Assembly: GCA_963577165.1 (NCBI GenBank)
Contig: CAUYYY010000001.1
Location: 1-26,959 of the forward strand
Source of the DNA: Planctomycetota bacterium
GTDB taxonomy: Bacteria > Planctomycetota > Planctomycetia > Pirellulales > CAUYYY01
Reading direction: 5' to 3'
DNA length: 26,959 bases
The notes beneath the pieces are model-generated. The model saw only the letters and a list, made by a program, of their open reading frames with translations. It had not been told where the DNA came from and did not search any database. Below are positions 16,293-24,569 of this stretch, one piece after another (the first letter of the stretch is position 1; every line of letters begins with the position of its first letter). The translations under genes were made by a program, and so were the position numbers.

Positions 16293-16522
16293 AATAGACA
16301 GGCCCCGTTTTAAGGAGCCACGGATAAAGCACGGATTGAAGGAAGAGAACCGCAGATGAACGCGGATAAACTTAGCGTGGCCACCAGCCGCAACCAAGGG
16401 AAGAATAGCCACGAAAAGCACAAAAAGACAGCCCGCGAATTACGCGAATTGTCGCAAATGAAAGCATGATGAACATGATGAAATTGTTTTATTATTCGCG
16501 CTGATTCGCGTAATTCGCGGGC
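16293..16522. repeat. Repeat mosaic between infB and rbfA (family D unit plus 19-bp inverted repeat)
   Basis: 16293-16371 is closely similar to 24253-24334; GCCCGCGAATTACGCGAAT (16431-16449) is exactly inverted at 16504-16522. Confidence 0.88.
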
Positions 16523-16585
16523 ACTTCCTTTTTCTTTTTTGCGACTTTTCAAAAATCGTGTCAAAATAACAAGTGGTTTGTAGGC

Positions 16586-16999
16586 ATGAGTTCGCGGCGT
16601 GTTCTGAAAGCTGCCGAAGCGATCCGCGAGGTTGTGAGCATGGCGATCCTCACGGATCTCAAGGACCCGCGGATCGAAAACATCACCGTGACCTATGTGG
16701 AGGTTTCTCCCGACATGCGTCGGGCAAAGGTCCACGTTTCAGTCATGGGAGACGCGACCAAACAGCAGTTGTGCCTATATGGCCTCCAAAGTTCCGCAGG
16801 TTTTTTGCAAAAGAAGGTTTCTAAACGGATCGACACCCGGTACACCCCACGACTCCATTTCGAGTTAGACATGGGGGTGAAGAAATCGATCGAAGTGACC
16901 CGGATTCTTAACGACGTGTTGCCCATGGCTAGTTCAGAGGCCACTGCACCAGACGAAGAAGTGACACCTGAAGAGACGACCGACCACACGCCAAGCTAG
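16586..16999 (+). CDS. rbfA: Ribosome-binding factor A
   Basis: KDPRI ... VEVSPDMRRAKVHVS ... RYTPRLHFELD; downstream of infB. Confidence 0.96.
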   Translation: MSSRRVLKAAEAIREVVSMAILTDLKDPRIENITVTYVEVSPDMRRAKVHVSVMGDATKQQLCLYGLQSSAGFLQKKVSKRIDTRYTPRLHFELDMGVKKSIEVTRILNDVLPMASSEATAPDEEVTPEETTDHTPS

Positions 17000-17051
17000 T
17001 CTGGCTCTATATCCCTTTTTAACCATTCCAGATTGACTGTTTGAGTATCGT

Positions 17052-18017
17052 ATGGCCAGTTCGAATCGTAGCGCGCTGCTTATAAAATCGCACAAAGTCC
17101 TCAAGAAGCATTTCAAGCCCGTTGCGCCGCCGGCCGATCGGAATCTGCTGGAGCATCTTCTGCTGGCTTGTTGCCTGGAAAATTCTACGCACGACAGCGC
17201 CGAACAGGCCTATTCGGTCCTCACGAACCAATTCTTCGATTGGAACGAGGTTCGCGTCAGTGCCCGACGCGAACTGGCCGAGGCATTGTCCGTGTTGACC
17301 GATCCGGAAAAGGCGGCCTTGCGTTTGCGCGGCGCCTTGCAGAGCGTGTTCGAGTCGAACTACAGCTTTGACCTCGAAGCAATGAAAAAGCAGAACATTG
17401 GTCAGGCGGTTAAGACGCTTGCCAAACACGACGGGACGACGCCGTTCATTTTGGCCTATGTTACCCAAGCCGCACTGAACGGACACTCCATTCCGCTCAA
17501 CCGTGGCGCTTTGACCTCGCTCGTGGTGATTGGTGCGATCAGCCAAGTCGAAGCAAACCGATGTGTCGCCCCCGGACTAGAACGGGCGATCCTCAAAAGA
17601 AAAGGGATCGAATACGCGTCGCTGTTGCATCAATTAGCCGTGCAGCTATCCGCGAACCCCTACTCGCCCGCAGTGCGGCAGATCCTTTTGGAAATCGCAC
17701 CCGATTGTAAAGACCGCTTGCCGAAGCGTCCCACCAAGAAGAAGCCGGTCAAGAAAACGGAAGAAACGAAGAAGAAGAAGAAGAAGAAGGAGGAGTCGGC
17801 CACCACAAAACGGCCCACGACGAAAACTAAAACGGTCGGTAAAGATGCAGCCACCAAGAAAAAAGTTGCTCCGAAGAAGAAGCCCACCGAAAAGGAACAA
17901 TCGGTTACCCAAAAGAAAGTTGACCGATCAGACGCGACCAAAAAGAAGGCCGTCAAGAAGGCCAACGTCAAGAAAAAAACGTCGGCCAATCGCTTATCGA
18001 AACGAAAACCACGCTGA
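17052..18017 (+). CDS. HhH-GPD/endonuclease III-like fold protein with Lys-rich C-terminal tail
   Basis: FFDWNEVRVS and helical pattern recalls Nth-like proteins; canonical HhH Lys and GPD Asp are not seen; 36 Lys in the last 99 aa. Confidence 0.6.
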   Translation: MASSNRSALLIKSHKVLKKHFKPVAPPADRNLLEHLLLACCLENSTHDSAEQAYSVLTNQFFDWNEVRVSARRELAEALSVLTDPEKAALRLRGALQSVFESNYSFDLEAMKKQNIGQAVKTLAKHDGTTPFILAYVTQAALNGHSIPLNRGALTSLVVIGAISQVEANRCVAPGLERAILKRKGIEYASLLHQLAVQLSANPYSPAVRQILLEIAPDCKDRLPKRPTKKKPVKKTEETKKKKKKKEESATTKRPTTKTKTVGKDAATKKKVAPKKKPTEKEQSVTQKKVDRSDATKKKAVKKANVKKKTSANRLSKRKPR

Positions 18018-18035
18018 TTGTTAGGCATTTAGGCT

Positions 18036-18776
18036 ATGGCAGGCCATTCCCACTGGGCAGGAATCAAACACAAGAAAGCGCTCGTCGATAACAAACGGGG
18101 CATCCTTTGGAGCAAGCTTTCTAAAGCGATCATTGTCGCCGCAAAAATCGGCGGCGGCGATACGGATACCAACCTTCGACTGCGCTACGCGATCAACGAC
18201 GCCAAAGCAGTCAGCATGCCCAAGGACAACATCGCTAGGGCCATAAAAAAAGGCACGGGCGAACTCGCCGGCGGAAATCTCGATGAAGTGATCTACGAAG
18301 GGTACGGGCCCAACGGAGTGGCCGTGCTCTGCGAAATACTGACTGACAATCGCAACCGGACCGCTCCAGAGATTCGGAAGATTTTTGAAATCTGCGACGG
18401 CAAACTGGGCGCGACCGGCTGCGTTGCTTGGATGTTCGACCGCAAGGGGCTCTTCCTCGTTGCGCAGGATCAAATCGACGAAGATGCCCTGATGGAATTG
18501 GCACTCGAAGCCGGCGCCGACGATGTTCAGGCCTCGGGCGCAAGTTTCGAGATCACTTGCGAGGTCGACATGTTTGGCGCGGTTTCTAAGGCCCTCGAGG
18601 AGGCGAACATCGAGACCGAATTGCGCGAGATCACGCGCATTCCGAAGGAGACGGTCGACCTCGATGCCGACACCGGCCGCAAAGTGCTCAAGCTCATGGA
18701 GCGGTTCGATGACCATGATGACGTGCAGAGCGTCTCGGCCAATTTTAATATCCCGGAAGGCGTGTTGGACGATTAG
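18036..18776 (+). CDS. yebC: YebC/PmpR family DNA-binding protein
   Basis: MAGHSHWAGIKHKK, MPKDNI, YEGYGPNGVA, TDNRNRT, DDHDDVQSV. Confidence 0.96.
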   Translation: MAGHSHWAGIKHKKALVDNKRGILWSKLSKAIIVAAKIGGGDTDTNLRLRYAINDAKAVSMPKDNIARAIKKGTGELAGGNLDEVIYEGYGPNGVAVLCEILTDNRNRTAPEIRKIFEICDGKLGATGCVAWMFDRKGLFLVAQDQIDEDALMELALEAGADDVQASGASFEITCEVDMFGAVSKALEEANIETELREITRIPKETVDLDADTGRKVLKLMERFDDHDDVQSVSANFNIPEGVLDD

Positions 18777-18801
18777 CCGTTTTCCGACTTCTGCTCTCCG
18801 C

Positions 18802-20442
18802 TCATTCTTTGCCGATGTGTCGCACGTCGGGCCAATACTTCGCGAAGTCAAAATCGGGACTGTTGTCCATGTCATGACACTGCATACACATCGTTGAGAC
18901 ACGGCCGACGACTCCGTCCGGAAGCTTGCCCTCGGCTTCTCCCTCGACGAGGCGAATTCGCATGGCGTTACGACGTCGCTCGAGCCCTTCATCGTCCACA
19001 TCGGTGTCGCCCTCTTCGGCGGCGACGTGCCGCGAGCCCGGACCGTGACAGTTCTCGCAACCATTGGCCCGCAAATGGGCCGTTGTTTCCATGCCGCGGA
19101 AACCCGATTTGAACGGAAAATACTTTTGCGGTTCCCAGCCGGTCGCATGACAACTGAGACATTCCGGATCGAATTGACGCGGCGGGTCGAGCTTGACAAG
19201 AGTCGCCGTCGCGTGCGCGTGGGGCGTCTTCTTGAACACGGCCGCCGCCTCCGTATGACATTCGCCACAGGCTGCTGAACCGACGAACGAGCGACCGCTC
19301 GGATGGGGCGAGCCCGCGAGGCCCAGCGAATCGAAACCGATCGTTTCCAGTTCCTTTTGATACCGCACCATCATCTGCTGCATCTCCGCCGAGTCGTCAA
19401 AACGATGATCGAGCGGCACTCGCTGATACCGCCACGGTGTCTCCTTGTCGTCGTACAACCCGATCACGGCCACATACATGCCTTTGTGTCCCACCTCGAC
19501 CAGCAGCGTCTCTCCTGCATTGATCTTCTCCGGCATGTTGGGCGGCTCGTCCGCGCCGCCTGCTGTCACGATGATATCAAATTCCGGAAACTGTCTGGCG
19601 AGCTTACGTGACTCGCGCGGGTCGGCGTGCGAGAGCAGAATCATCACGTCCGATTTCTCGTCGAGCGCCGGGACGACCTTGCGCAGCGCTTCGGCCGGAT
19701 CCGTGATTTCCAAGTCTTGGTTGTTAATTTTCGCTTTTTCGGCGGCCCCCAGCACACAGGTGATCCCAATGCGGCGTCCGCCCACCGTGACCACGCGCGT
19801 CGGCTCGACAAATCCGCTGTCGAGGCTAAACAGCCCCACGTTGGCCGATACGTACAGGCTGCGTCCGTCCGGCAGATTCACCGCCACACCGACCAATTCG
19901 TCGGTCGGCAGACGCAAGTCCTGTGGCCCGAACCCCACCGCGTGGTAGCCGATCTCACTGAGCGCACCGATGGCCGTGCGAAACTTGATGACCGCCTGCG
20001 GTCCGTACCGGCGAACTTGGCCGCCCAAGTCGACCAGCGCCAGCGGCCAGCCTCGATCGCCAAGTTGTTTTACCAGCGTGTGACGCCGTTGCAGGCCGCC
20101 TTTCTGATTGTCGAGTCCCGCGCAGCCGCACGGTTCTAGATACCCGAGCTGCTCTCCCGAGATCAATAGCGCGGCTTGAGGCCGTGGCCAATCGACAAAG
20201 ATCGGTCCATTCCGCTCGATCGGATCTATGAGTTTCTTTTCAGCGGGCTTCTTCTTCGTTGCGTCGTCGTACGGTCCGTCCGCGGCAAGGTCTTCCGCCA
20301 GGACAACCGATTCGGTGGTCTCGGTCCCTGGATGAAAGGTCGCGGCGACCAGTGCCGACCCGATCAGTCCGACCGTCCACGCGATGCGACTCCGGGTCAA
20401 TCTTCCAAGCATCCCTCTTCTAAACGCCCTTCTTCTACGCAT
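18802..20442 (-). CDS. Exported fusion: 5'-nucleotidase-like domain plus tetraheme c554-like cytochrome
   Basis: N-terminal hydrophobic segment; GYLEPCGC...KGGLQRR motif; four CxxCH (CGECH, CLSCH, CENCH, CMQCH). Start could be ATG 20412. Confidence 0.85.
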   Translation of the reverse strand: MRRRRAFRRGMLGRLTRSRIAWTVGLIGSALVAATFHPGTETTESVVLAEDLAADGPYDDATKKKPAEKKLIDPIERNGPIFVDWPRPQAALLISGEQLGYLEPCGCAGLDNQKGGLQRRHTLVKQLGDRGWPLALVDLGGQVRRYGPQAVIKFRTAIGALSEIGYHAVGFGPQDLRLPTDELVGVAVNLPDGRSLYVSANVGLFSLDSGFVEPTRVVTVGGRRIGITCVLGAAEKAKINNQDLEITDPAEALRKVVPALDEKSDVMILLSHADPRESRKLARQFPEFDIIVTAGGADEPPNMPEKINAGETLLVEVGHKGMYVAVIGLYDDKETPWRYQRVPLDHRFDDSAEMQQMMVRYQKELETIGFDSLGLAGSPHPSGRSFVGSAACGECHTEAAAVFKKTPHAHATATLVKLDPPRQFDPECLSCHATGWEPQKYFPFKSGFRGMETTAHLRANGCENCHGPGSRHVAAEEGDTDVDDEGLERRRNAMRIRLVEGEAEGKLPDGVVGRVSTMCMQCHDMDNSPDFDFAKYWPDVRHIGKE

Positions 20443-20489
20443 TATGGTTTCTTCTCTTTTTCACAACTTGGCCCTTTCACAACTTCGGC

Positions 20490-21761
20490 TCATGTGCCGA
20501 CTGCAAATCGGACCCTGATACGCAAATCGTGGGTTTGCGGATGGTTTGTCTTTAGAATGATTTCGCCCAGGCCACCCTTTTCCAGGCCACCCTGTTGAGA
20601 TCCCATATGAATCATCGGAGGTGTTCCCCGCGGAATCTCAATGGTGAGCGGTACTCGGACGACCCGGCCACCTTTGATCTCTTTGTGCTCGCCCAGCGTT
20701 ACTTGCAGCGTGGGTGGCCATACCTTACCGATCGTGATCTCAATTCCACGGGCGTGCTCGCCTCGCACATAAACCGCCAGCTGCGCCCGTTTTCCCTGAT
20801 CGGAGTCAACCGTGCCCAGCGACAAAATCCCCCGGTCCCTGCTCCAGCCCGATCCGACAATCGACAGCTCGCCCAAGATCCGACCACGAATCGGAATTAC
20901 GTAGGCGTCCTTGTCAACCACATTGGTCGTGAATTCCAATTCTTGCTCGAAGCTACCAATCGGCAGCCCGGGCTTGACCGTCAGCCGCAGCAGTTTGCCT
21001 GCTTTTGCCTGGAACGCCTGCAACTCATCGCTCGGAATGTTCTGCTCAGAAATCTCAAAGAACTTAGCCGTGTCGGCGCGCAGAAAACGGTGATTGAGGA
21101 TATGAAAATCGTCCTGGGTGAACGATAGCAATCGCACCTCCGCCGTCTTTTCGGTCCCGGCCAGGATACTGCTGTACACGAAATCCATCGGTTCGATACG
21201 CATCGCATTAACAATCCAACCGGTCACGGTCAATTGGACACGAGGAGACACAGGATCATTTGTCAGAATAGTCGCCGTCTGTCGGAAATCGATCCCCTGG
21301 GCCTTGGCCATCCATTCCAACGTGACCATCGCCAACCCGCCTGGCGGAATTTCATCCTCCGCCAATTTGCTCAGAGTACATTTACAGGTCGTATCGCCCG
21401 CCACGAGCTTCAGCGGCGCATCGCCTTCGTTCGTAAAAACGAATTCGTGGGTCTTCTTCGTTCCACGGTCCATGCTGCCAAAATCGTATTCCGGCCGATC
21501 GACCACAGTGCGTGGCTGCGGGGCGCCGGCCGGAGCGAGGTCGGGTTGGCGAGCATCTCGGCTCACCGAGAGCAATTGCTCAATGTTCTGCGAACTGCCA
21601 AACCAACCAAGCTCGACTGCGCTGCTGCCAAAGCCGATGGTTGCACCCACGAGTATCGAGCTGAAAACGACAGCACTAGTCTTCATAACCGCTTGTCCTA
21701 TATTATTTTGTCGAACGTCTGCATGCTCTTGATTGTATCGCGACAGCACGTCAGTGGTCAA
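20490..21761 (-). CDS. DUF1573-like membrane-anchored protein with tandem Ig-like domains
   Basis: YDFGSM ... FVFTNEGDAPL ... TCKCT ... IPPGG ... LTNDP pattern; N-terminal hydrophobic segment. Start TTG 21761 or ATG 21686. Confidence 0.8.
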   Translation of the reverse strand: MTTDVLSRYNQEHADVRQNNIGQAVMKTSAVVFSSILVGATIGFGSSAVELGWFGSSQNIEQLLSVSRDARQPDLAPAGAPQPRTVVDRPEYDFGSMDRGTKKTHEFVFTNEGDAPLKLVAGDTTCKCTLSKLAEDEIPPGGLAMVTLEWMAKAQGIDFRQTATILTNDPVSPRVQLTVTGWIVNAMRIEPMDFVYSSILAGTEKTAEVRLLSFTQDDFHILNHRFLRADTAKFFEISEQNIPSDELQAFQAKAGKLLRLTVKPGLPIGSFEQELEFTTNVVDKDAYVIPIRGRILGELSIVGSGWSRDRGILSLGTVDSDQGKRAQLAVYVRGEHARGIEITIGKVWPPTLQVTLGEHKEIKGGRVVRVPLTIEIPRGTPPMIHMGSQQGGLEKGGLGEIILKTNHPQTHDLRIRVRFAVGT

Positions 21762-21946
21762 ATCTCCGTGTCACTCTCCGGCTGCGAAATAATACGCTGC
21801 ACCTGACGCCGCTGTTCGTCCGGCAGCAGCTTGTCCGCGTGTCCGGCCTGCTGCGTGATCTTATCTTGGGTTCGTGCCGCCCTCACAACGATCAGTCCGG
21901 GAAGCGTCGCACCGATCAGAAACAACACGATCGTCGAGAGGTTCAC
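21758..21946 (-). CDS. Candidate 62-aa single-pass membrane protein
   Basis: GTG start overlaps the DUF4416 stop (GTGA); its stop overlaps the next TTG (TTGA); hydrophobic LSTIVLFLIGATLPGLIVV. Confidence 0.5.
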   Translation of the reverse strand: MNLSTIVLFLIGATLPGLIVVRAARTQDKITQQAGHADKLLPDEQRRQVQRIISQPESDTEI

Positions 21947-22518
21947 GTCGGCCCGCCTTTTCGTCGTCTGCGCAGATAGTCACGGCACTCGGTAAAGAAG
22001 GCATGATAGTCATCGCGCCGATAATCGGGGAACGTCCAATCGCGATGTCTCCACTTGCGGTTCTGAAAGTGCAACGTTACCTCCGCGTAAATGCCGCTGG
22101 CGAGATAAATACGATGCGCATGGTCCTTGGTCGAAGCCAGCACCACCTTCGCCTCGGTGATGTAACCGGGATCGAGGTTCAATGGACGCTGGACGTTCTG
22201 TTCGGATCCGCCCTGCCCTGCCCTGCCTTGCGATCCTATTTTAGCATAGACCGCCTCCCACTCGTTCGTTTGCCGTTTGATCTGTGGCAGGTCGCCCGGG
22301 CCGACCAAGCGTTCGAACGCCAGAAACTGTTTCTTGAGTTTCGCGCCCATGGTCGGCTGGTAGTAATCGGTCTCTGTGAAATCGAACACATCGCTCGATA
22401 GGGCGACAGGTCCCCAGGCGTCCGTCGCGGTCGCCCGACCCCAATCCATCGCGGCCGGATCACCGCTGAACGAGGCCAATATCAACAACACCGGTTGCGG
22501 TTGGTGGATCTCACCCAT
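21943..22518 (-). CDS. DUF4416 family protein
   Basis: FDFTETDYY ... MG ... RPLNLDPGY ... LASTKDHAHRIYL ... GIYAEVTL ... WTFPDYR. ATG 22518 lies 5 bp after the proS stop. Confidence 0.85.
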   Translation of the reverse strand: MGEIHQPQPVLLILASFSGDPAAMDWGRATATDAWGPVALSSDVFDFTETDYYQPTMGAKLKKQFLAFERLVGPGDLPQIKRQTNEWEAVYAKIGSQGRAGQGGSEQNVQRPLNLDPGYITEAKVVLASTKDHAHRIYLASGIYAEVTLHFQNRKWRHRDWTFPDYRRDDYHAFFTECRDYLRRRRKGGPT

Positions 22519-22523
22519 GCGTG

Positions 22524-24053
22524 TCAGTATGCCTTGGCAAACACGCCACGCCGTTTGCTGGCCTGGCCAGAGAAGAGACACTTGCCCGGCTCGTCGCTGC
22601 TATGCGTATCGCCAGCGATCGGAACACAGCGAACGGTCACTTTCAGTTTCTTGAGTGTCGCTTCCATCTCCTCGCAGTCGACAAAATGGCATAACGCCAG
22701 CCCGCCATGAATCTCGGGCTTTTCGCTGCTCTCGGGCGTAAAGAACGCTTCAAACTCGGCCAGGTCATCAATCTTTCGTGTGGCTTCTTCTCGCTGCGAC
22801 AACGCACGCTGAAAAAGGTTTTCCTGGATTTCGTCCAACGTATCGGCAAGCGTGGCGACAAACTGCTTGCGCCCAATCGGCTGGCCCTTGCCCGCCACAT
22901 CGCGTCGTCCGACAAAAACATTTCCTTCCTTGACGTCCCGTGGCCCGACTTCGACCCGTAGCGGAACACCCCGCTTGACCCATTGCCACTTTTTCTCTCC
23001 GCCACGCAGATCGCGATCGTCAAGCCGCACCCGCAACGGAGACCCGTCATAACATTGCTCGGCAAGTTCCTGCTGCAATGTCTCGCAATAGGCCAATACC
23101 GCTTGCCGCTCGTCGTCATTGCGATAGATCGGCAGAATCACTATATGCGCCGGCGCCAGTTTCGGCGGCACGATCAGTCCATCGTCGTCGCTGTGCGTCA
23201 TAATCAGGCAGCCGATCAGCCGCGTGGAGACTCCCCACGAGGTCGTCCAGGCGTATACCTCCTGACCGTTTTGATCCTGGAACTTAATCTCCTGTGCCTT
23301 GGAAAAGTTCTGACCGAGAAAGTGTGAGGTGCCCGCCTGCAATGCCTTGCGGTCCTGCATCATGGCCTCGATGCTGTAAGTATCGACCGCGCCCGGAAAC
23401 CGCTCACCGGTCGTTTTCACTCCTCGGATGACCGGCATCGCCATCGTGTTCTCTGCAAAGTCGGCATACACGTCGAGCATCCGCAACGTCTCCTCGACGG
23501 CTTCCTCTCGTGTGGCATGGACCGTGTGGCCTTCTTGCCAGAGAAACTCGGTAGTCCGCAAAAACATGCGTGTGCGCAGCTCCCAGCGGACGACGTTGGC
23601 CCATTGATTGATCAGGATCGGCAGGTCGCGATAAGACTGGACCCAGCGAGAAAACGTCGAGCCGATAATGGTCTCGCTCGTCGGTCGCACGATCAGCGGC
23701 TCGTCGAGCTTCCCGGCCGGTTGCAGTCCGCCGCCGGGCGCTGGCTCCAGCCGATGGTGCGTCACGACGGCACATTCCTTCGCGAATCCCTCGATATGTT
23801 GGGCTTCCTTTTCCAAAAAGCTCATCGGGATGAACAACGGAAAATAGGCATTCTCGTGACCGGTCGCCTTAAACATTCCGTCGAGCACGCTTTGAATATT
23901 TTCCCACAGCGCATAGCCCCACGGCTTGATCACCATGCAGCCCCGCACGTCCGAGTTCTCGGCCAGGTCCGCTGCTTTGACGACCTGCTGATACCATTCG
24001 GGATAATCTTCGGCCCTCGTCGGGCTGATCGCGTTCTGAGCTTTCTTTGCCAT
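22524..24053 (-). CDS. proS: Proline--tRNA ligase, archaeal/eukaryote-like type
   Basis: YPEWYQQVV, RPTSETII, QWANVVRWE, FLRTTEFLWQEGHT, LQAGTSHFLGQNF, SWGVSTRLIG, C-terminal FAKAY. Confidence 0.97.
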   Translation of the reverse strand: MAKKAQNAISPTRAEDYPEWYQQVVKAADLAENSDVRGCMVIKPWGYALWENIQSVLDGMFKATGHENAYFPLFIPMSFLEKEAQHIEGFAKECAVVTHHRLEPAPGGGLQPAGKLDEPLIVRPTSETIIGSTFSRWVQSYRDLPILINQWANVVRWELRTRMFLRTTEFLWQEGHTVHATREEAVEETLRMLDVYADFAENTMAMPVIRGVKTTGERFPGAVDTYSIEAMMQDRKALQAGTSHFLGQNFSKAQEIKFQDQNGQEVYAWTTSWGVSTRLIGCLIMTHSDDDGLIVPPKLAPAHIVILPIYRNDDERQAVLAYCETLQQELAEQCYDGSPLRVRLDDRDLRGGEKKWQWVKRGVPLRVEVGPRDVKEGNVFVGRRDVAGKGQPIGRKQFVATLADTLDEIQENLFQRALSQREEATRKIDDLAEFEAFFTPESSEKPEIHGGLALCHFVDCEEMEATLKKLKVTVRCVPIAGDTHSSDEPGKCLFSGQASKRRGVFAKAY

Positions 24054-24105
24054 CGTCGCCTTTTTTGTTATGTCCGTAACATTCCTGCGCGGATCTTAAG
24101 ACAGC

Positions 24106-24135
24106 ATTCTAGGTTATGCGACCCACGCCGGGCAA
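24106..24135 (-). promoter_or_regulatory. Candidate promoter for proS operon
   Basis: Minus strand TTGCCC (24135-24130), 18 bp, TAGAAT (24111-24106). Confidence 0.45.
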
Positions 24136-24252
24136 TGACGATTCGTGTCGTGCGAGCCGCTACCACCACCGTCTGCCGGTTGTGGGAAGCGTGGAGGTCG
24201 CCTAGAATCGTGGTCGCCGTATCGCTCATAGCCATTCACGACTCATCAGACA

Positions 24253-24475
24253 AATAGACAGGCCTTGTATTTAAGGAGCCACACAGATTAAACACGGATT
24301 GAAAGAATAGAACCGCAGATGAACGCGGATAAACGCAGATTTCCTGGTTCCCAAGCAGGGCTTGGGCACGAGTCAAGAATTGACAGCAAGCGTAGTAGTA
24401 CGATCGGTAATAGATCGCTCCAACCTTGATCTGCGTCCATCTGCGGTTCCCCTTTTTCCCTTCTGATCCGTGGCT
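24253..24475. repeat. MITE-like nested element (family D) between proS and yhaM-like gene
   Basis: 24253-24334 matches 16293-16371. GAACCGCAGATGAACGCGGAT is inverted at 24429-24449, AGCCAC...GAT is inverted near 24462-24475, and an internal CCCAAGC-AGG-GCTTGGG hairpin is present. Confidence 0.8.
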
Positions 24476-24569
24476 AGGAAATTCTCGTTAACGGTTACCT
24501 TCGCCCCTGTTTTTTCATATTTCTCACACCGCTTCGACTGATGCCCTACGCGTAGAAAGACCGTCTCGC

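Noticed and set aside
18777-18801. Bidirectional terminator between convergent yebC and multiheme genes
   Set aside because: Only 25 bp and no convincing stem-loop.
18021-19268. 415-aa minus-strand ORF
   Set aside because: Antisense to yebC and out of frame within the multiheme gene; no recognisable motifs; typical high-GC shadow ORF.
20119-20133. Selenocysteine in the EPCGC motif
   Set aside because: Both codons are TGC and the frame has no internal TGA.
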